From the NCBI GenBank assembly GCA_951406725.2, contig OX597818.1, positions 30,380,001 to 30,444,000 of the forward strand: 64,000 nucleotides of DNA, read 5' to 3'. Both the position numbers and the translations under genes were made by a program. The notes under the pieces were generated by a model, which was given only the letters and a program-made list of their open reading frames with translations, ran no database searches and had not been told where the DNA came from. How positions within the stretch are numbered: position 1 is the stretch's first letter; every line of letters starts with the position of its first letter. This DNA is from Octopus vulgaris. Its lineage: Eukaryota. Shown here piece after piece: positions 24,017-34,054 of the stretch.

Positions 24017-24520
24017 GTGGAGGCGCGTGGATTAGTGGTTAGGGTCTCAGCATTATGATCGTAAGATTGTGGTTTCGATTCCTGGACCGGGTGACACGTT
24101 GTGTTCTTGAGCAAAACACATTTCTCGTTGTTGCAGTCCACTCAGCTGGCAAAAATGAGTAACGCTGCGATGGACTGGCGTCTCGTGCAGCTGGGGAACA
24201 CATACGCCATTGAAACCGGGAACCCGGGTCCATGAACCTGTCTAGGCTTTAAAAGGGCCCAGACCGGGCGTTGTGTGTGTTTATTGAGTGAAAACACCTA
24301 AAGCTCCATGAGCCTCCGGCAGGGAGGTGGGGGGTGGCGACCCCTGTTGTACTCTTTCGCCTCAACTTTCTCTCACTCTTTCTTCCTGTTTCTTGAGTAA
24401 CGCTGCGATGGACTGGCGTCCCGTCCAGCTGGGAGGGAGGGGAAAACATACGCCATAGAAACTGGGAAACCGGGCCCATGAGCCTGGCTAAGCTTGAAAA
24501 GGACGTATAAAAAAAAAAAG
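24017..24520 (+). mobile_element. Two adjacent SINE family C-related copies
   Basis: GGAGGCGCGTGG..AGTGGTTAGGG (A box), GGTTTCGATTCC (B box), shared GAGTAACGCTGCGATGGACTGGCGTC; the second copy matches 50481-50790. Confidence 0.8.
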
Positions 24521-24793
24521 CTATAAATCTATGAGCGTTAGTGAATATTTCAAGTGAATATATTTTGAGATTCCTTCCTAGCACGAGATTTATTTTCGTT
24601 TAAAAAAAAAATTTTTTTTAAGCTTAATTCTTGTTGTACCTTTCTTCCCAGCTTCATTTAAGATGGTAGCCTTCAAACAGTGTACCGCAACGGATTTTCA
24701 GGTGTATCATGGTGTTTTAGATATAATTTTAAGCTTTTAGAAAATCTACTCTAATGCTTTAATGCATTATTTATAATTTTATTATACAAAATA

Positions 24794-25017
24794 ATTGCAG
24801 CGTGGAAGGTGTGTGTATGTATGTATGTATGTATGTACATATATATAACGAACTAACTGTTACTTTCTCAGATGCAGCACGGATTGTTGTCAGTGAACAG
24901 GTCGCGGTCTCAAAGCGACGAAAATATTTTGACAAATTAAACTTAAATGTTGAAGTCAATCGAACGGCTTTTGTGTGTGTTTTTAAATGGCTTACAAACA
25001 CCTTCCACGCTGCAATT
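24794..25017. repeat. 20-bp inverted repeat, probably inside a larger DNA-transposon remnant (about 24540-25260)
   Basis: AATTGCAGCGTGGAAGGTGT ... ACACCTTCCACGCTGCAATT. Confidence 0.6.
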
Positions 25018-25534
25018 GTTTTCGTTTCAGCACACGATCTCAGATCAAATCACTTGCTATGCAAGTACATCTCCGTACATTGATAAAGACGAAAAGCGAA
25101 AGTTTTCTTTTTCGTCTAAATTTTTGATTTTAAAAATAAAAGAAACTTTGCACGCAAAATGTCCCAGTAATTTTTTTATTTGTTTTCCTCACACGCCACT
25201 ATGCCATAACGAACCACGTCACTCTGATAAACCTTGTCGGAATTATCTCCCTTAGACCTTTGCTTCTTTACTGACTATACTACTGCTATTGAATAGTCTT
25301 ATATTCTTTTACTTGTTTCAGTCATTAGACTGCAGCCATCTAGGGCACCTCCTTGAAGAATTTTAGTCCAACGAATCGACCCCAGTACTAATTTTCTTTT
25401 TGTGAGCCTGGCACTTATTCATTCTATCGGCTACTTTTGACGAACTGCTATATAACGGGGATGCAAACACATCAGCACCAGTTGTCAAGCGGAGGTTGTT
25501 GATAAAGGCGTACAAGAACACGCACACACATATG

Positions 25535-26035
25535 TGGTATTCCTTCGTTTTGACTCGAGAAATCATAACAAAGAACCCGGTCATTTCCGAGAGCACGTGC
25601 TATCTTGTCAACTGTCAGTTGACGAAATGGGAAGAGAAACACGCGCGTGCGTGATTATTCTTGTTTGTCTGTGTGTGTGTGTGTGTGTGTGCATGTTTAA
25701 AATGCGACATTGTTAGCATAATTTCGTTATATCTACATTCCACAACATATAAAAACAGAGCAAGCACACACGCGCGCGTGCTGCAGAGGAACGAGCACGC
25801 ACGCGCATACACACAAATAAGAACAAGCACGCATGCACACACACACAAACAAGAACGCACATATACACACACAGGAACAAGCATACACGCAACACACAGG
25901 AACAAGTACGCACGCACGTACAACCCATTAGTTTCTCTCCCATTTCGTCAACTGACAGTTGACAAGACGTCACAAGCTCGCGAAAATTACCGAGTTCTTT
26001 ATTATGATTTTTCGAGTCAAAACGAAGGAATACCA
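25535..26035. mobile_element. Foldback/MITE with about 105-bp TIRs inserted into a SINE A copy (25305-26237, -)
   Basis: TGGTATTCCTTCGTTTTGACTCGA...GTCAACTGTCAGTTGACGAAATGGGA mirrored at the right end; internal ACAAGCACGC/CA-rich tandem repeats; no clear TSD. Confidence 0.8.
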
Positions 26036-28499
26036 TTATACACACAATCATACATACATAGATACACACACATACGACATGCTTCTTTCAGTTCCTGTCT
26101 ACCAAATCCACTCACAAGGCTTTGGTTGGCATGAGGCCTAGGTAGAAGACACTTGTCCAAGGTGCCACGCAGTGGGACTGAAACCGGAACCATGTAGTTG
26201 GTAAACAAACTTCTTACCACACAGCCACGCCTGTGCCTTAATTTTTTTTTTTTTTTAATGATTTTCTTGTACATTAATTGTTATATACACTTGTAGCAGT
26301 TATGAAACGTCAGGACCATATTTCCATACATCTGTGTGAAAGTCATTGCTTTGAGTTCTGTCCAGTAGTGTAACGTAATCTATACATTGATAGTAGGTCA
26401 AAGTAAATTTTATGTATTTCAGTTCTGGTTTTAATTAGTATTCTATCTAATTTCAAAGGGTGTTCTGTTTTTAGGAAGAGTTACCCATGCTAATGCAATT
26501 TTGTGGTTGAAAGTAACTTCATTGTTTGAAGCTGATAGGTTATGGACAAATTCTTCTACTTGCTTTGTAGTCTACTATAAAGTGGTATGCCTTGCTTTGA
26601 CTGTCTTACATGTTATGCATTTGGATATCTCAATATTAATTTGGAGATCCGCTTCTTTTTCACTTACATCTAAATGATTAATAACATCTTGAAGGCTAGC
26701 AGTGCCATTCTTGATAGTGGAAATATCATTTGCAAAGATTAGCTTAGGTTAAAGGCTATGACCACCTATACAGAACCCACTACCTTTCTTTTTTTGGAAT
26801 TTTTAAGATAACAACATCCAGAACTACTCAGAAAAAAACTCTTTCATTGTCCACAAATCAACTGGCACCAACATTAGTTTTGATGACCAATTGTAAACTT
26901 TCATATGTAGATATTTGGATGGACATGATGTATTTTGGTCATGGCTGCCTTGTATAATGTTATATCTTATGAATTATATTCGTGTGTTGCAAATTGTAAT
27001 AAACTCCAGAAGTTTTACACTCTCCTCATTTTCTTGAATCATATTCATAACCTCAGTGTATGCCATGGAAGCCATCAATATGCCATCCAATGTGGCCATT
27101 GACGTCACCAGTCACAATAATGAAGTTACTGTCAACTTTCATTGAAGAAGTCTGCAAAAGGATCTCATAGAAGCAGTCCTATTTTTCTGTCAGTAATAGA
27201 ATAACAGTCACCATTCAGTTACCTATAACTAACTAGTCTCATCTTAATTATCCTCCTACAGTACACTTTGACTACCTCCATTACTTTTTGCATCCATTTT
27301 TCAGCTAACAATACGCTTGTTCCGCCTCTGTTGGCACTATTACTCACCCAACAGAATTTGTATACCTGTCAGAAGTTTTGATGAAGATCCTTTCCACCTT
27401 GCCTCTTTCACCAAATATGCTTATGTTTATGCCTTAAAGCTTTAGAATTTATAGGAAGATGTGGGTGTATCTTTTGTAGGAAGACTGTTTGTTGATATCT
27501 GCACTCATGAGGAGTAAGAATTGTGCCATAGCTTGCCGGCAATTGGTAGATTTACACACATTTAATTTGCTATCATTCATTCATTCTTCAACACTTGCTG
27601 CATCAGCCACAAATAGGTGTAGTTTATTGTTATTATCAATAAATAATAAGCATTCTTAATGTCATTAACATAACCAGTTTTATGGGTGTCTGCTGCCTTT
27701 TTATTATTGTTGTTGACAGATTGCTGACAGAGATGGAAGAAATGTGGCAGGGAAGATAAGAAAGCAAGATTTCCGGCATAGTATTGCAGACGGAATTGAG
27801 TGAGCAGATCACAAGCAAGCAAACTTCAAACTCTCATGAGAGACAAAATATTAATATTAATATTAAAGAGAAACAAGGCTGCAAGCTGGCAAAATTGTTA
27901 GCATGCTGAGTAAAATTCTTAGCAGTATCTCATCCATCTTTATGTTCTGAGTTCAAATGCTACTGAGGTCAACTTTGCCTTTCATCCGGGGTCAATGTAA
28001 TCGATTTAGCCTCTTCCTCAAACCTGCTGGCCTTGTGCCAAAATTTGAAACTAATATTAAAGAGAAACTTATGCACTTCTAAATTTATTCTTTTATTATT
28101 CTTAACAGTATCAAACCTTAGTGACTTAAGTGTCTATCATTATATAAATAGTCATTCATACTATGACAGTCTGTGCACTGATTCTCTTTTACTTTCAATA
28201 TCTACAAGATATTTTGTATGATGTACTTTGATATTACTTACTGCAAATAGGATTAAAGTGAAAGTTCATAGTGTCTCTGTTTATTAATTAGTCAATCTGA
28301 CTTGATCAAATGCAACATATCAACACATGATTTCAAATTCTCTTTAGTCGATCTCATCAGAAAGCTAAAGGGACAACTCTTTCCTCCAAACCAAACCAAT
28401 AAATAAAACAATTTAAAAATTCACTTCTTCTCATGTATATACTAGTCTCTTTAATTTATTTTTTATTTAAATTTTACTTTAGCTCAATGTTAATGACTA

Positions 28500-29850
28500 A
28501 TATGTTTTTGAGAAGGTAATTGTTGAAAGTGAGAGTGATAGGCACATAGTGTAGGAATCCCAGTAGCTGCTCTTCTTGGGAAGGTGACACCGTTGATGTT
28601 TCCAAAGACCGTGGTAAATTCCGAGAGAGAGAGAGAGAAAATTTTGATGAGGATAAAGTATACTATTTGAAGGTAGAGGAAGAAATAATTGAAGGCCGCT
28701 AGTCTTGTTGGTTTAAAGTAATCAGAAGTGGTATTGCACAGAGTGTGTATATGTATATGGTGATTAGATTTGTGATATGAAGAAGAAATGTTTTGGAGGA
28801 GTTTTGCTAAGAGAATACGGTGTGGAGTTGGATGCAAAGTGGGCAGCAAATGTAGATACTTTCTCTGTATGAGTATTATTCACAAAGCTATGATATTCAG
28901 GAGCGGCAGAAAGAAAGATTCCGTAAAGTTGATGACTAAGTAACCAAAACCAGCTGCAGTTTGGAATTGAGTAGAGCTTGCTGGTAGTGTAATACACAAA
29001 AGGATCTTTTGCTCTGCAGATGATAAATTTAGAAGACTTGTGGTTAAGGATAAAAGCCACCTACTTGGTAGGGATTGATGACATTTCTCTGCAGGCATAG
29101 CCCTTCATGTTCTTTGTCTTACTGCGGCAGAGTTATATTATGGTTGTGTGAAAGGTGTTATGAAATATGCTTTAAGAGGAAAGATTCATTCACCTGCTTC
29201 AGGTAGAGTTTTGGAAAAGCTATCACTACTTCATGGGGAATGAAAAAGGCATGGAATTGGGAGTGCAAAAATATTTTTAAAATTATTTTAGAAGTGTAAT
29301 TCTCATTGTATAAAACAGGAATACAAAAAACGAGAAAATTAAGGAACATTTGCCCCCATCTCACCCAATTCCATGATCTTCTCCATTCCTATGAGCTAGA
29401 AATAGCAATTTCAAAACTCCACTCTGCTTAAAAGTCTCTGGTAGATCTGGGGGAAGCATATGTGCTGCTAGAACTAGCAGAAATCTACTAGTTAATTGTC
29501 TTGAAATGTTACAGGGGTCAGGAATGTGAGAGATGATTGAATGTGGCAGAGTCATGATTATGCAGTGAAGTCCGACTATGGTGCTTTAATAAGAGTTCTG
29601 TTTTTGTGTAGGGGAGAAAGATTAAGAGCATCTACGTGTGGGTGATGATGCTAAGAGTTAAGGATTGGAAAATATTCGATTCCTGTACCTGAAGCATAAT
29701 AAGGGAAGAAGGAGGTGAGAACCAAGAATTGTTGTGGACGTTGAAGCTTTCAAGGGCGATAACTTCAGAAAAGGAAGAAGTGAAGTAAATGTCCTTGGTT
29801 CATCGAGAGAAAAGATTGAGCAGTTGTTAGTGTTTAGAGTATTTGGAAGT
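28500..29850 (-). mobile_element. Highly degenerate LINE remnant (CR1/L2-like)
   Basis: Fragments such as EKVSTFAAHFASNST recall the linker before the RT in CR1/L2 elements; no continuous ORF. Confidence 0.4.
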
Positions 29851-30604
29851 AGTTCTGTGATTAGCAAAGGTAGCAGATAAAATTGACTCTGTTAACTTAT
29901 AAACGTACTCGTTTTATCAGTCACTATCCTTCCACGCCATTGGAAATTGAGGCTTTGATAATACACGATTATTAAAATATGACTCGAGTAATTGTCTTCG
30001 AGAACGTGTCCGTCAACGATTCCAGGTGCTAAACAGCACACCACCAACAGCAGCGAAAACTGAGCATCATCTCTGCACTTTCATCTAGATAGTATAAGTC
30101 GAGTGAGCCATTCATTATATGTGTAGAATGAGGGGTGAATTTTGTCTAAATAATTTCTTTGTTTTTCCAAATTTGTTTAACATTCCTAACGATTAAGCTG
30201 AAATAAATTCACCTTTTTCAAAGTGGAAAGGTCTGTTTAAACTTAATGTTATATGTGAAATGTTAAGACAACGCCGAACCAAGCGAAAACGTCACACATT
30301 CCTTGTAAACTTGTAGAGAAAGAATTACAGTTAAAAACGCGACGAAGAAAATTTAAAAGTGATTTGCTCTTTAAGCATTAGTTTTTGTGCCATGTAGTTA
30401 ATCGGAAGATATTGTTATCAATGAATTGGCAAAGAAATTAATAGTCAGTAATTTTCGAAGCACTCAGTCATAATGTCTTACGGTAGATAGTTCTGCTTTG
30501 GGGGTATAGATATTTTCTCTGGAGGAAAGAAGTATATCTACAGTATACACCTTTATTAAACGACAACTCTCACAATTCAAATTTGCATTTCAATTAAATA
30601 AAGT

Positions 30605-32092
30605 ATGAAATCTTCAAAAGAGAACTGCTCGACATCGGGAATAAAATTTGGGTTTGAAAACAGTCGGACTGAATGTAAGGATTTGACATCAATTTTTAAG
30701 CTACTTGACGATCTTTTTCGAGATAATGTTGATAATAATTTCTGTCATAATGAATCTCTACAAGCCTATGTTAGTCGAATGGCTAACGAATTAAAACGAT
30801 CTGCAAGTATTTTACCAGCATTTCTAAGCAGCTTAGGTAGACTGAATATTAATTTACAGGAATTTGAAGCCAGAAATCAAGTTTTGACTCGTTTGTTGGA
30901 AAATGGTAACCCTTCAACGATATCATTTCCCTACAGCGACATAATCGAAGAATTGAACAGTCATAAATTAGCAATTGTAACCCTGATTAACAAAGTCGCA
31001 GATCTTCGAGCTGACTTCCTACTTGACAAGAAAAATGAAGATGTTTTATATGATAATTACGTTGCTAAAAAAACAGCCGAACAGCTAGAACTAAAGCCAT
31101 GCAAATCAGTTCAGTTGTCTGGGGTTGACCAAACAACGGACAAAAATATTTTCACTTTTACTAACACCGATGTCAAGTCGGCAGACAACATATTGGAATT
31201 TAGAACGAATTCTCGAGGTAATATTCAAACTAAAGATACTGCCCTGACAGACAAAGAAACCACGTCTGAGACTGAGACAGATGATTCAAAGGATAATAAT
31301 AAAACTTTAGAGCGTTCTAATATTTGTGTTAAACTCGATATTCAAATGCCTCGTCGGTGTATGTCAGAAAATATAGATGAATGTAAAATCTATGGTAAGG
31401 TTTACCATACATCGGACTGTGACGTTAATTTTGCTGTTAAAAATGGTTCGATGGAAACTTTAGAAAAATTCTTACTTTTCCAAGATGAAGAGGTGTCGGT
31501 TCTTCGGAAGTTAACAAGTTGTGTAATGAATCTTATAGCACGGTGCCAATACCTTGAAGAAGAGAAAGACACTATCATGCGTGCTCTAGAGCAGGCAAAA
31601 GCGTGTTCACAAACTATTTGCGGTAACCTTCATCAACAAATCACAGCCCTTCGAGGAAAATATGAAATTCTACAAGCAACACTGACTTTACTTCTTAATA
31701 AGTTTGAACAAGACGTAACTTCAAGGGCTCTTTCAATTCCTATAAATGATCAAAACGAAAATCAATTCAAACCTTCAACCCTGAGCGACCCTGTTATAAC
31801 ATCCATATCACAATACAATAACATGACTAAAGTTAATCAAGAAGAATCAAGTCTGTCGATGGAAAGTGCAGAAAAGGAAGAAGTAACAGATGAGACGGAT
31901 GATGTTACTGATAGTGTGGATGATGACCAAACATCTCAAATATCTAATGACACTCAAAGTTGCGAAGTTAAGGAAGAACTCGACATTCATCTAGAAGATG
32001 ACATTGAAGCTTCTTTGCAAACAAACATTAATTTAGAGAAAGAAATGGTTGCAATTATAGACAAGGAATTAGCCAAGTTACTTCAGAATTAA
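30605..32092 (+). CDS. Uncharacterised single-exon protein, 495 aa, predicted coiled coils and an acidic C-terminal region
   Basis: 1.5-kb stop-free, non-repetitive ORF in AT-rich DNA; heptad-like segments (ARCQYLEEEKD..LHQQITALRGKYEILQATL); CpG-retaining upstream region; AATAAA at 32154-32159. Confidence 0.8.
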   Translation: MKSSKENCSTSGIKFGFENSRTECKDLTSIFKLLDDLFRDNVDNNFCHNESLQAYVSRMANELKRSASILPAFLSSLGRLNINLQEFEARNQVLTRLLENGNPSTISFPYSDIIEELNSHKLAIVTLINKVADLRADFLLDKKNEDVLYDNYVAKKTAEQLELKPCKSVQLSGVDQTTDKNIFTFTNTDVKSADNILEFRTNSRGNIQTKDTALTDKETTSETETDDSKDNNKTLERSNICVKLDIQMPRRCMSENIDECKIYGKVYHTSDCDVNFAVKNGSMETLEKFLLFQDEEVSVLRKLTSCVMNLIARCQYLEEEKDTIMRALEQAKACSQTICGNLHQQITALRGKYEILQATLTLLLNKFEQDVTSRALSIPINDQNENQFKPSTLSDPVITSISQYNNMTKVNQEESSLSMESAEKEEVTDETDDVTDSVDDDQTSQISNDTQSCEVKEELDIHLEDDIEASLQTNINLEKEMVAIIDKELAKLLQN

Positions 32093-32683
32093 TAACGAAA
32101 TCAATGTACTTCACTAGAAACTGAATTACTTCGTAAAGGTGTGCAAAAATATTAATAAATCAAGACGACTTTAACAGCAAGTCATTAGTCTTATGGTACC
32201 TATGTTGTTACTCACATTATGTTATGTCAGTTTCTTTTAAAGAAAAAAAGGTAACCATTGTTTATATTGGATGATTATTATTTTTAAAGAAGCAATAGTT
32301 GACTTCGAAAAATATAGATATTGTTTACATTTCATTAACATTCCTACTGTATAAGGACTAATCTTATAAAAAAAACCCCAAAAAACTTAGTGAACACCTA
32401 TGATAAAAAAATAATTAACTAACGATTTGCTGGTGGTGTTTCGGATAAGGATGTCCACTTGTTGGATATACTCCGTTTTGACGGGAATTTTTCCAGTTTT
32501 TGTTTTCCCCATGGCCTTCGAAATGAACGGGGAAGTTTTTTATGGAAAAAACTTTTTCAAACTTTATGATTTTTTTTTCCACCGCGCAATCCCCTACCCC
32601 TATGTGGACAGATGTTGAGTAATTTTTTTTTTTCTGCACTAAGCACTTAAAAACGCCGGTAAAAAAATTCTGAAGAAAAGGTT

Positions 32684-33252
32684 TGTGATTTAAGTGAGAT
32701 TTAGCTGTTGTTTCCAGCAGATTCTACGACCACCTGGTACCTTCCTCGTTCCTACCCCTCCCCTTCGGCACCAAGCGAGTCCATGTGTGTGCATGGGAGT
32801 GTGCGTGTGTATAAGAAAATATATTTACCCAGAGAAAAGTATATTAAAAACAAAAAATAATTTTGAAAATTTGTTTTTTTCACCCTGTTTTTTGTTTATA
32901 AAAATTAAAAAAATATTGGAGAGTCGGAAGAAGTCATTGCTGGGATTTATCCAGTGATTAAAAAAAAAGGGCATGAAAAAGATAATTTATTTTAATAGCA
33001 TACTTGGTAAATATATTTTTCTTACGCACACTACACGCACGGACTCGCTTGATGCAGTGGTGGGGTTAAAATATGAATTGCAATATTTTGTTGTAAGAGC
33101 TCCCAGCAATGGATAGCCATTCCATAAAATGTTTATAGGGAGAAAAATATAGAAAAACATCAATACATGTCATAGTGACAAAGAAACTTGGAAGGTACCA
33201 GGAATGTTGAAGGATATGCAAGAAACAACAGCTAAATCTCCCTTAAATCACA
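32684..33252. repeat. Long imperfect inverted repeat (foldback element) between the two intronless genes
   Basis: TGTGATTTAAG.GAGATTTAGCTGTTGTTTC..CTGGTACCTTCC..CAAGCGAGTCC..AAAATATATTTACC mirrored at 33005-33252. Confidence 0.75.
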
Positions 33253-33499
33253 TATCTTTTCTTCTGACAATATTCCAAAACTATTTTTTCTACCGAAAAG
33301 GTTTCTCTCATCGTTTTTGAGTGTGAAGTGCAAAAAAAAAAAAAAAAAGAATTAAATTGGCAAAAAAAAAACCCAAAATTAATGAAAAGTAATCAAAAAT
33401 TTTCGAAAATTTATTTTCATAAAAAGCTTCCCCACATCATTTCGAATGCTGTTCTGAAAAAAAAACAAAAACTGAACAAATCCCCGTCAAAATGGGGAA

Positions 33500-34054
33500 A
33501 AAATCTAATTTATGTGAGCACCCTGATCCGAAACTCCGCCCATTAAAACTTATGAACTCTTAGGCGAGCTCTGGGACTTTCTTGCGGTCTAAACATCATC
33601 ATAACCCCGGCAAACACTCTGGCTTTGTAACTGCGGGATTAAACAACAAAAACTGTCCGAGGAAAATACAAAAGTAGACTTGGATATCCTGAATAAACGA
33701 AACGACTATTAAATGTGCGTGTGTGTGTGTGTGTGAGTGTATTGAGAGAGACACACACACACATGTATGTGTATGTATTCTTTTCTGCTTAAAAAAATTA
33801 GGTAGTTCAACGATTAAAAAGAGATTTCTGTATTTTCGTTTAATAAGTAAATTCAAACTATTTACATATTCGTTTCGCTTAGTCGGGATATATAAGTCTA
33901 TTTTATATTTTCCCGGTTTGTTTTGATTTCGTTAATAATCAAAATTCGTTAATAATTTGAATTTAAAACCTAAGATCACTCATTCACGAGCGATCCACGT
34001 GCAGTTTTAAAATATCTAACAGTTGTTGTTGAATTATTAACATTTGGATTATAT
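33500..34054 (+). promoter_or_regulatory. Probable PIGG promoter/5' UTR region
   Basis: Unique sequence with locally retained CpG immediately upstream of the ATG; TSS cannot be placed. Confidence 0.4.
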
